Shown: positions 18,773-26,631 of the stretch, piece by piece | Numbering within the stretch: position 1 is the first letter of the stretch | Layout: the number at the start of each line of letters is the position of its first letter | Assembly: GCA_002376045.1 (NCBI GenBank) | Contig: DFNM01000195.1 | Location: 1 to 39,210, forward strand | Direction of reading: 5' to 3' | Source: Firmicutes bacterium UBA3567 | GTDB lineage: Bacteria > Bacillota > Thermosediminibacteria > Koleobacterales > UBA3567 | Length of the DNA: 39,210 bases | Notes under the pieces: generated by a model | Database searches by the model: none | Seen by the model: only the letters and a program-made list of their open reading frames with translations | Told to the model about the DNA's origin: nothing | Program-made: the position numbers and the translations under genes

Positions 18773-19015
18773 TTTTTGGATGGAATCCGGCACTCAACTT
18801 GGTGTTTACTTGTTGAGTTAAATTTGAGAATTGAGTATCGTTATACAGGAGTATTGTTGTTACCCGTAAGACACACATTGAGTTGAGTGCCGGACTCAGA
18901 GCAAAATCGGACCGGATTCAATGCAGCATCCTGCCGGTGAATCCTTTCCGGGGACTTCCTGTCCCCTCCATCCGATTTTGCTCCTTCCCTTCGACCGATT
19001 CCATTTGCCAAAAAT
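18773..19015. repeat. ~245-bp multiply nested inverted-repeat element (structured RNA or MITE-like element, unidentified)
   Basis: Outer imperfect arms TTTTTGG-A-TGGAATC / GATTCCA-TTTG-CCAAAAA. Inside are two perfect 13-bp stems (18787-18799 / 18881-18893 and 18899-18911 / 18971-18983). Further in are hairpins GGATTCA/TGAATCC and GGGGAC/GTCCCC. TTGAG(T/A) occurs five times in the same orientation. Confidence 0.5.
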
Positions 19016-19118
19016 CTATAAAGCTCCTTTTGATTAAGGCCCTGCCTCCAGGATGAGCCGTTTTAACATATTTATAATAAATAACGCCGAATTAACTACA
19101 CAGTAAATATGCATGGGT

Positions 19119-20408
19119 TCAGCATTCTTTGTTGAGTTCTGTACTTCGCGATACACCATCCAGCATTTTAAACAGCTCATCAATGTATTTTACGGTTTTG
19201 GCACCATTTCTGATTAAATCTCTATAAATTTCCACAGCTTTTCCACCGGTGTAATCCTTCCCGCCTATAGGGGTTGTATCAATGAGTATAACCTGTTTCC
19301 CCCTCTGCTGGGCTTTCTGCACAGCCAGCAGATTGTTGAAATTTCCCTTTCCAAAGGGAATATTTGCCACAACGATCACATCTGCATCCTCCATTAATTT
19401 CAAAGCCTTTTCCATATTTTGCGTAGTTACCGGTGAAAAAGGTGGTGCTTCTACCATGGGAATCTTCAAAAACCTTGCCTTCTCCCAGTCTCCGTCCCCC
19501 ACATTTATTGTCCCTACGCTCAATTTATAACCCTGGTAAACTAACATCTCCATTAAAGCACAGGCAATTCCCCCACCACAGACAAGGTGAATTTTGATTT
19601 TGCTATTTCCGGCTTTTTTCTGCTTCTGGGCCAATAATGTCACATGGGGGCATTTGTAAATGGGATGTTGTTTTATTATAACTCTGCTGTTGTAAACATC
19701 CATGATGTTTTTCTCGGTGATAACCTGTTCCGGCTGACCTGCTGCATAGATCTTCCCCTGGTGGAGCAGGATCAGCTGGTCACAATACTGGGCAGCCAGA
19801 TTTAAATCATGAAGCACAACGATAATAGTAAGATTTTGAGTTGTATTCAGGTCTTTGAGAAGGTCCATTATTTCAATCTGATAGTTTATATCAAGGTGTG
19901 AGGTGGGTTCGTCTAAAAGCAGCACCCGGGGTTCCTGGGCCAAAGCCCTGGCTATTACAACCCGCTGACATTCACCACCACTGAGTTCTGTTATCAATCT
20001 ATCTTTCAAATGTTTGGTTTTTGTCACTTCCAGTGCCCAATCTACTATTTTGTAATCCTGTGCGGTTTCTCTCTGCAATCTCCCGATATAGGGATTTCTC
20101 CCCATCAACACAACTTCCTCTACAGTAAATTCAAAGGGAATATCTGTTTTCTGAGTTACAACAGCCATCTGCCTTGCCAGTTCCCTGGGAGTTATAGAAT
20201 ATACATTTATTCCCCGCAGATGCACGCTCCCCTGAAGGGGTTTCAAAACCCTGCTAATGGTTTTTAAGAGGGTTGACTTGCCCGAGCCATTGGGGCCTAT
20301 GATCCCTAAAAAATCCCCTTTTCTTATAGCAAACTGAATATCCTTCAATACCGGTTCTGCAGCATATGAACACGTTATTTCCAACACATTGACAACAATT
20401 TCAGACAC
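19119..20408 (-). CDS. FecE/BtuD-type ABC ATPase fused to a ~165-aa uncharacterised C-terminal domain
   Basis: N-terminal 260 aa: GPNGSGKST, LSGGECQRVVIARAL, LLLDEPTSHLD, VLHDLN. The C-terminal extension KIKIHLVCGGGIACALMEML...VVANIPFGKGNFNNL...ILIDTTPIGGKDYTGG looks like a Rossmann/flavodoxin-like alpha/beta domain. Confidence 0.88.
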   Translation of the reverse strand: MSEIVVNVLEITCSYAAEPVLKDIQFAIRKGDFLGIIGPNGSGKSTLLKTISRVLKPLQGSVHLRGINVYSITPRELARQMAVVTQKTDIPFEFTVEEVVLMGRNPYIGRLQRETAQDYKIVDWALEVTKTKHLKDRLITELSGGECQRVVIARALAQEPRVLLLDEPTSHLDINYQIEIMDLLKDLNTTQNLTIIVVLHDLNLAAQYCDQLILLHQGKIYAAGQPEQVITEKNIMDVYNSRVIIKQHPIYKCPHVTLLAQKQKKAGNSKIKIHLVCGGGIACALMEMLVYQGYKLSVGTINVGDGDWEKARFLKIPMVEAPPFSPVTTQNMEKALKLMEDADVIVVANIPFGKGNFNNLLAVQKAQQRGKQVILIDTTPIGGKDYTGGKAVEIYRDLIRNGAKTVKYIDELFKMLDGVSRSTELNKEC

Positions 20409-20477
20409 TCTGTTTCCCCCTTTAGCAGCTCCATCAACCGACCACTATACCCGCCCTGCTCGACTTAAATCAAACTT

Positions 20478-21506
20478 TCAAGAACTTTTTTTCTTTTTTA
20501 AAAGATATATAAAAAACGGGCCTCCGAACAGGGCTGTAACGATTCCCACTGGAAGCTCTGTAGGAGATATTACGACCCTTGCCAGAGTATCTGCAAGCAG
20601 TAGAAACACTCCTCCAGTTAGTGCTGATGCGGGAAGCAGCCAGCGGTTATCCGGACCTATTATAAGTCTTACGACATGGGGAATAATCAGACCAACAAAC
20701 CCGATTAATCCAGCGGACGCCACAGCAGCAGCCGTTAAAATCGAGGCTGCCGCCAGTAAAATCCTTTTAACCCTCTCTACATCTATACCCAGGTGTGCAG
20801 CTGTATCTTCTCCCAACAAAAGTATGTTTAAATCTTTTGAATACACAAAAGCCACTGCCATGCCTACTGCAAAATACATGGAAGAAGATACTACATAATT
20901 CCAGCCTCTTGAAGCAAGGCTCCCCATCATCCAGAAAACAACATGCCCCAGCTTGTTTCCACTGAAATATATCAGCAGCGAAACGACAGCGGAAAGAAAG
21001 GCACTCACAGCTATACCTGAAAGCAAAAGGATTAAAACCGGAACCCGCTGACCTACCCGAGCCATGTTGTATACCAGAAAAACAGTGAAAAGGGATGTGA
21101 AAAAAGCCATTAAGGATACTGCTCCTACACCCAGAAAAGTGAGGTTCAGGGAAAACACTATAGCAAGGGCGGCCCCAAGAGATGCTCCTGATGAAGCACC
21201 GATGATATAGGGGCCTGCCATGGGATTTTTGAATATACCCTGGTAGATGGCTCCTGCCACACTCAGCGAAGCCCCTACCAGCACTGCCAGCAAGTTTCTG
21301 GGCATTCTGATCATAAGTATAATAGTTTCATGTGTGGGTTTCCAGGTGTTGGCTATTGCATTACCTACAATGGGCAGTTTGCTGATTAAAATTTTAAAGA
21401 CTTTTTCCCCATCGATGGGAACACTTCCTATGCTGTTTGTGAATATTATAGCAAAACACAGCAATAAAAGCACCGTCAAAACATAATTTTTTTTGTTTTT
21501 TATCAT
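20478..21506 (-). CDS. FecCD-family permease (BtuC-like)
   Basis: 342 aa, about 9-10 TM helices. FecCD hallmarks are present: MPRNLLAVLVGASLSVAGAIYQG, NPMAGPYIIGASSGASLGA and GIVTALFGGPFFIYLL. Confidence 0.9.
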   Translation of the reverse strand: MIKNKKNYVLTVLLLLCFAIIFTNSIGSVPIDGEKVFKILISKLPIVGNAIANTWKPTHETIILMIRMPRNLLAVLVGASLSVAGAIYQGIFKNPMAGPYIIGASSGASLGAALAIVFSLNLTFLGVGAVSLMAFFTSLFTVFLVYNMARVGQRVPVLILLLSGIAVSAFLSAVVSLLIYFSGNKLGHVVFWMMGSLASRGWNYVVSSSMYFAVGMAVAFVYSKDLNILLLGEDTAAHLGIDVERVKRILLAAASILTAAAVASAGLIGFVGLIIPHVVRLIIGPDNRWLLPASALTGGVFLLLADTLARVVISPTELPVGIVTALFGGPFFIYLLKKKKSS

Positions 21507-21533
21507 GGATGGCCACCTTTTAAAGGAATTCGA

Positions 21534-22496
21534 TTATTTCGCCAGCTCAGGATGGATGTATTCAAAGAACTTTTCCAGAGCATCTACGATTCTCGGACCG
21601 GGACGGTTAACAATATCAGGGTCGATACCGTATATTTTGCCCTGTTTTATGGCGGTTATGTTTTGCCATCCAGGCCTGTCAGCTATGTTCTCTATCTTGT
21701 TCGAACCATGATCATACTGATGAATAATTATATCAGGGTTTCTTTCGATAACCACTTCCTCACTGAGCTTTGGATATTTACCTTCGGCATCTCCTGCTAA
21801 GTTGATACCTCCTGCAAGGGTTATAAGGCTGTCAACAAAGCTGCCGGGACCCGCTGACATCACCGGATCGTCCCACAGTTCATAGTAAACCAGAGGTTTG
21901 TCTTCTTCTTTCAGCTTCTCAGTCTTTTCTTTTACAGCTTCAATCCTGCTCTGCATATCAGCCGTCAGCTGCCCGGCGGCTTCAGACCGGCCAGTAGCAT
22001 CTCCAACCTTCTTTATTGAATTTATTATCTCGGATATATTGGACGGATTTACTACGAATACGGAAATATCAAGCTTTTCAAGCTGTTCCACCGTTTTTTT
22101 GTGCATTGAGGTGGCAAAAACCAGGTCCGGTTCAAGCTCAACAATTTTTTCAATATTGGGTTCACTAAAACTTCCTACTTTTGTTTTGGTAAGGGCTTCC
22201 TCGGGATAATTGCAGTACTCCGTTACACCCACAATTTGGTCTGTAAGTTCCAGAGCGAAAAGTATTTCCGTGTTGGAAGGAGCAAGAGATACAATCCTCT
22301 GAGGCTGTTTGTTTATAACAACCTCTCTGCCCATATCATCCACTATGGTTTTGGGAAATTCCTGGGACTGTTCTTTATCATTATCATTAACTTTTGTCAA
22401 TTGAGTTTGACCGCAGCCAGCAGTCAAAACCGCAATCAAAATTATCAATAAAGCAGCTACAACAATGACTGTTTTGTTCCGGTTCATTTTCATCAT
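21534..22496 (-). CDS. Periplasmic-binding-protein type 2 lipoprotein (BtuF-like substrate-binding protein)
   Basis: Signal peptide with the lipobox LTAGCG. RIVSLAPSNTEILFALELTDQIVGVTEYCNYP and EPDLVFA are typical of BtuF/FhuD-class binders. It is the first gene after a cobalamin riboswitch. Confidence 0.88.
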   Translation of the reverse strand: MMKMNRNKTVIVVAALLIILIAVLTAGCGQTQLTKVNDNDKEQSQEFPKTIVDDMGREVVINKQPQRIVSLAPSNTEILFALELTDQIVGVTEYCNYPEEALTKTKVGSFSEPNIEKIVELEPDLVFATSMHKKTVEQLEKLDISVFVVNPSNISEIINSIKKVGDATGRSEAAGQLTADMQSRIEAVKEKTEKLKEEDKPLVYYELWDDPVMSAGPGSFVDSLITLAGGINLAGDAEGKYPKLSEEVVIERNPDIIIHQYDHGSNKIENIADRPGWQNITAIKQGKIYGIDPDIVNRPGPRIVDALEKFFEYIHPELAK

Positions 22497-22674
22497 CCTT
22501 TCTTAAATTCTCAAAGGTTTATCAATAATCCTCCCAGGTACCAACCTGGGTATTCTGTGTTTCCCTATATTATTTAAAAGCTTCTATGCCTCAACGCTTT
22601 TGATACAAATAAAAAAAGCGGCAGCTAACCAGAGTAAGTATATGCATTTACTCATCCCTTTCCTCGAGGGTATT

Positions 22675-22915
22675 GTATTTTTTCGGCAGGTTTCCTGGCT
22701 TCCGAATCATGGCCTGTCGACGCCTTTCCGCCCGGCCCGGCTCAATCTGGTAACAGACCTGTCGGTTTCATCATAACTAATGCAGCAATAAACAAAAGTG
22801 TTTTTGTAAAACTTAAAACAATCTTTGGATTGAGTGCCCGAAGTCGACTTACTTTCCGGTACAGTGGCAGGTCCACTCGGGATTCTTACCTGATTCCCTT
22901 CTTCATACTATACTG
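22675..22915 (-). promoter_or_regulatory. Cobalamin (B12) riboswitch
   Basis: The minus strand reads AAGGGAAUCAGGUAAGAAUCCCGAGUGGACCUGCCACUGUACCGG, then a long variable insert, then the B12 box GAAGCCAGGAAACCUGCCG. It lies upstream of the BtuFCD-like operon. Confidence 0.85.
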
Positions 22916-22992
22916 AATTCTGTTTAAATTTTCATCCAGCCTGGGTTTTCTAAAAATAAATAAATGCTCATGCATTATCAAAAGAATGTTAT

Positions 22993-23208
22993 ACTTTTAT
23001 GGTATCGGCACCGCAGTAAATCAACTCATCTGCCAGGTTTTCTACATCTTTTCCCAGGAGCAAAGCTGTTACCTTCCACGTTTCCTAATTACCGGTGAAA
23101 AAGGCGGAGTTTCCACTATGGGAATTTTCAAAAACCCGCTTCTTCCCAGTCTCTATCCTCTATACTTATAGCCCCTACACTTAATTTGTAGTCCTGATAA
23201 TCCTCTCC
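22993..23208 (-). pseudogene. Frameshifted relic paralogous to the C-terminal extra domain of the ABC ATPase at 19119..20408
   Basis: The minus strand reads DYQDYKLSVGAISIEDRDWEEAGF / LKIPIVETPPFSPV (1-nt frame change, then stops), against YQGYKLSVGTINVGDGDWEKARFLKIPMVEAPPFSPV in the intact gene. DNA similarity is obvious between 19421-19540 and 23085-23205. Confidence 0.6.
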
Positions 23209-23266
23209 GGTATCAGCCCCAATTCATCGGCCTGGATTTTATAACAGTAATCATTATTAATCTCGA

Positions 23267-23524
23267 TTATTTATAATTAGATATGTAAAAATACTCTTTA
23301 GATGTTTTATAGTTTTTATCCAACTTATAACAAAACACCTCATCAAAATTTGTTTCTTTTAAATACGTATACATCTCTAAAAGATTTCTAAAAGCATCTT
23401 TAGCGTCTATTCCCGATGAAAATCCGATCACTTGCAAATTATCAATATCTGGTAAAATAGATTCTGAATTGGGTTGAAATGTATATCCTTCAATTGTTAA
23501 AAAAATATAATTATTTATATCCAT
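23267..23524 (-). CDS. Hypothetical 85-aa protein, translationally coupled to the upstream HKD nuclease gene
   Basis: Intact ORF whose ATG overlaps the last 10 nt of the nuclease gene. No family was recognised. Same AT-rich composition as its neighbour. Confidence 0.6.
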   Translation of the reverse strand: MDINNYIFLTIEGYTFQPNSESILPDIDNLQVIGFSSGIDAKDAFRNLLEMYTYLKETNFDEVFCYKLDKNYKTSKEYFYISNYK

Positions 23525-24327
23525 AATTTCATATACCTTCCTTTACCTAAAAATTTTATTAACCCTAAATCCCTAAGGTTTTGCAGTTGCTGTCGTATTT
23601 TTGCTTCGATGTTTTGATTTTCCGGATATATACATTGGAAATAGGCCTTATATTGATAGACATCGTTTAATTCAAAGATAAACTTATCAATTTTGTTTAT
23701 TTGCTTAAATACTGCTAGCTTCCAACCTGAAAGGCAACTTTCTATAGTTTTCACGCCCCCAGTATATAAGTCATCTTGCGGAATATCCTTACCAATAAAG
23801 CTATCTAAATTTATATTATGAGGAAATTTGTACTTTTTTTCTGTAGGAATATTACTAAGAATATCACTAACAGTATTTACAATTTCTTTAGTAACCTCAC
23901 CGCTAAATTCACTGCAGAAAATAGAATTAAAATCTTTACATACCTTGTCTACAAAAACATAATCATTCGAAAGAATACCATACTCATAATTGTAGCTTAA
24001 TCCATAATTTGTAAGATTAGCCGAGGTCACAATAACTACTTTTTTATCAAAAATACAAATTTTAGCATGCAAATTTTGGTAATTTCTTACCCTTCCGTTT
24101 TTATCTAAAATATAATCTATTGCTTCAATATCGGAAGCTCTTTTATAAAAACTTGAAAGATTAAAATTGGTAATTAGATCAAAATCCACCTTCTCCTTTT
24201 TATATTTGTAGATTTCTTCTATAACATCGTATTTGATAAAAGGAGAACAAATTTGAATACTCTCGATTGTTCCAGAAACACATTGTATAAATTTATTTTT
24301 CCATGGGCTATTAATAATTTCTAACAT
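23515..24327 (-). CDS. Phospholipase-D (HKD) superfamily nuclease with a C-terminal winged-helix-like domain
   Basis: A single exact HKD motif, HAKICIFDKKVVIVTSAN, fits HxK-x4-D-x6-(G/T)SxN. The C-terminus AKIRQQLQNLRDLGLIKFLGKGRYMKLW resembles the DNA-binding winged helix found at the ends of many restriction endonucleases. Confidence 0.8.
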   Translation of the reverse strand: MLEIINSPWKNKFIQCVSGTIESIQICSPFIKYDVIEEIYKYKKEKVDFDLITNFNLSSFYKRASDIEAIDYILDKNGRVRNYQNLHAKICIFDKKVVIVTSANLTNYGLSYNYEYGILSNDYVFVDKVCKDFNSIFCSEFSGEVTKEIVNTVSDILSNIPTEKKYKFPHNINLDSFIGKDIPQDDLYTGGVKTIESCLSGWKLAVFKQINKIDKFIFELNDVYQYKAYFQCIYPENQNIEAKIRQQLQNLRDLGLIKFLGKGRYMKLWI

Positions 24328-24751
24328 AATGCCTCACCATTTATCATTATATTGTTCATTATTCTGTGTACGCAAAATTACCTGCTATTAGATTCTATTA
24401 TAAAATAAGACATACATACTGCAACTGCAGCACCAGCAGAAGGATGAAAATTTACACCTGTATTAACTAGTGCTATATCAACTAACCTAGATGGATTTTA
24501 GGAAATAATTGGAACCGTTCCACTAAAAAATCCCTCCACTAATACTTTACCATACTGGATACTAATGTCAACGAATTTACTTTATTAATGGTCTCAATAA
24601 TAAAACCATTTTTATAGAACCACACGTGCCTCGACTTTTCTGTAATTGCTGCCAAATATGTATAACATCAGAATGCACTTCCACCTTATAAAAAAAGATG
24701 GAGACTTCTTCTTGTGATTTATACTAATTGTGCTAAAATCAATCAGAGCAT

Positions 24752-24804
24752 AAAAAAATTGTCGTCGACCCTCCAGTAACTTATATCCATGGAGGTCGAG
24801 ACAA
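24752..24804 (-). terminator. Rho-independent terminator of the opine-dehydrogenase-family gene
   Basis: The minus strand reads UUGUCUCGACCUCCA...UGGAGGGUCGACGACAA (about 15-bp stem) followed by UUUUUUUA, 20 nt after the stop at 24823. Confidence 0.75.
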
Positions 24805-24822
24805 TTCCCTTTACCATCTTTA

Positions 24823-25971
24823 CTATGCCACACTACCTTCCAATGCTTCTTCATCAGTAAATCCTTCTTCGTAGACATCCCCTTCCGTGACAAGCTGATA
24901 AATCATTTCAGGGCTCATGTTCACCAATCCGAGCTTTTCAGCAGTCCTACCTTCTTTCCAGTAATCCACATCATGCATTGCACATGCCATCTGGATGACT
25001 GAATTAATTATAGGAGTTTCTACACCTACCATCTTCCCTATTGAAGAGATCGGAACCAGGCTCTCGGGAACATCCTCAAAGATATACCTGGTATATATAT
25101 TATCGGGTGCCTTTAATCCCTTATATCCTTTTGCGTTCTGTATTGCTTCATAAAGGTTCGAGCCTTCTGCATCATAGGTATACTTCAACCATTCCATAGC
25201 CGTAATGGCTTTCGCTCCCAGGGCTTTTGCTACTCTGACTCTCTCTTCATCCATTTTCTCTATGACTTTGGTAACTGATGGAGAAATTCCTTCTATATAA
25301 TACTGGAAATCTCCCTTGGTGGTTTCAATTCTTGCGCTGTTCAGTATCGTGGGGGCCGGGTGAAATATTGCACCAATGTTATTGAAACTTGTTTCCAGAA
25401 CATTTGAAGCAGGTATAAACTGGGGATAAGCCACATTGAGTTTTTCAACAACCTTCATGGTTTTATACGCAGGTATGGCAGCAACAGCAACAACGTTTTT
25501 TATGCCATAAATCTTAGCTCTTGCAGGACCTATTACCCTGCAGGCGTAAATGAATGTCTGAGCCTCAGCTATGATGACATCCTTATTAATCCCATGGGTC
25601 TTTAAAATATTTCTGAACTCCAGAGCACCACCAGTCCTGCCGGGATTGAGCACCACTATCTGCCCCTCTTCCAGATGGGGTGCGATATTATGAGCGATAG
25701 CTCTGTGAGCCGTGGCGGGAGTGGTAACCATTATCACATCAGTATTCCTTATAGCCTTCTCAATATCAATAGTCACCAGATTCAATCTTGCAAAACCTTT
25801 TTCTACTCCTTCGAGCTGTATACCTCCTCTAGCCCTAATTGGTTTTATTCTTTTTTCACTCCTGTTATATAGATTGACATCAAATCCCATAAGAGCCAAA
25901 TGTGCCGCCATTGCACACCCGCCATTGCCTGCTCCTATTACAGCAAAACGAGGTTCTTCCCGCCTATTCAT
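24823..25971 (-). CDS. NAD(P)-dependent octopine/nopaline (opine) dehydrogenase family protein
   Basis: 382 aa. N-terminal Rossmann motif FAVIGAGNGGCAMAAHLALMGFDVNLY. Collinear with the opine DH family through the C-terminal helical domain (NIGAIFHPAPTILN...YYIEGISP...YIFEDVP). AAGGGAGG RBS. Confidence 0.88.
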   Translation of the reverse strand: MNRREEPRFAVIGAGNGGCAMAAHLALMGFDVNLYNRSEKRIKPIRARGGIQLEGVEKGFARLNLVTIDIEKAIRNTDVIMVTTPATAHRAIAHNIAPHLEEGQIVVLNPGRTGGALEFRNILKTHGINKDVIIAEAQTFIYACRVIGPARAKIYGIKNVVAVAAIPAYKTMKVVEKLNVAYPQFIPASNVLETSFNNIGAIFHPAPTILNSARIETTKGDFQYYIEGISPSVTKVIEKMDEERVRVAKALGAKAITAMEWLKYTYDAEGSNLYEAIQNAKGYKGLKAPDNIYTRYIFEDVPESLVPISSIGKMVGVETPIINSVIQMACAMHDVDYWKEGRTAEKLGLVNMSPEMIYQLVTEGDVYEEGFTDEEALEGSVA

Positions 25972-26010
25972 ATATCAAGCCTCCCTTACTTTAGTTTTTT
26001 GGTTTTTGGG

Positions 26011-26044
26011 GATAAAAAAGACTATGGAGATTTTCCATAGTCCT
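26011..26044 (-). terminator. Intrinsic terminator of the c-di-AMP riboswitch expression platform
   Basis: The minus strand reads GGACUAUGGA-AAAUC-UCCAUAGUC followed by UUUUUUAU. It lies between the aptamer and the RBS of the 25971 gene. Confidence 0.75.
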
Positions 26045-26054
26045 GCTGACCATT

Positions 26055-26185
26055 CTGGCAATCCCCTGGAAAGCTTACGAGGTTAGCTGACGGATTCGGG
26101 TCCAGGTAACCCTACCTTTCACAAGAAAGGATTCACCCCAAATGATGGTTCCCCCGCTTCTTAAAAAAGAATTCAGCTTAAGGCT
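26055..26185 (-). promoter_or_regulatory. c-di-AMP riboswitch (ydaO-yuaA motif)
   Basis: The minus strand reads GAAGCGGGGGAACCAUCAUUUGGGGUGAAUCCUUUCUUGUGAAAGGUAGGGUUACCUGGACCCGAAUCCGUCAGCUAACCUCGUAAGCUUUCCAGGGGA. It carries the conserved GCGGGGGA, GGGGUGAAUCC, GGUAGGG and CCCGAAyCCGUCAGCUAACCUCGUAAGC blocks of the ydaO motif. Confidence 0.88.
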
Positions 26186-26631
26186 GACATATTGCTTTTT
26201 ATTATATTACATCTTGTATTTATTATATAACAATTTTATCTTTATGTCAAATAATTCCTTATTGCACGTAATCCTTAAAATAAAACATTTCTTTCGCTGT
26301 AAAAAGTCGCGCAGCGGAATATCAACGTTATTTGGCGAATTATAGCATGCTGATAAAAAACAACATATCCTGGATTCAGGATATGACAGACCTGATTGAG
26401 CTGACATGTTATATAATATAAGTAAGCCCGGTCATAGTAACAACGGTTGAAAGAATAACAAGGTATAGGCATTTTATTTAATAGCAGGATAACTTTTTTA
26501 TGGGATTTTACCTTTTGCTTGTCGAATCCACGTTTGATTAAATGGTTATAATTGGGTATATATAGCACGTCCAAAAAGATGTATAATAAAAATAACGGTA
26601 AATTTTAAAACATAAAAATGGGGGAATAAAA

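Noticed and set aside
18773-19015. Identification of the nested-repeat element as SRP RNA, 6S RNA, RNase P RNA, tmRNA or a cobalamin/FMN riboswitch
   Set aside because: It has superficial strings only (AGGAAGUCC, GGUGAAUCC). It lacks the GGAAGCAGC SRP helix-8 motif, the GAGGAAAGUCC/P4 pair of RNase P, a single long 6S-type helix with a central bubble, a tRNA-like end, and a B12 box. It is also too short for RNase P.
22986-23171. 61-aa plus-strand ORF
   Set aside because: Antisense shadow of the frameshifted ATPase-domain relic. It mirrors track ORF 19282..19530, which is antisense to the intact gene.
13230-24327. Methyltransferase (13230..13970) and HKD nuclease (23515..24327) as one restriction-modification system
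   Set aside because: They are about 10 kb apart on opposite strands and separated by two housekeeping-type ABC operons. Each sits in its own AT-rich islet with its own relic boundary, so they look like independent acquisitions.
24612-24893. 93-aa minus-strand ORF overlapping the 3' end of the opine DH gene
   Set aside because: It overlaps a strongly supported CDS in another frame and spans that gene's terminator hairpin. There is no RBS.
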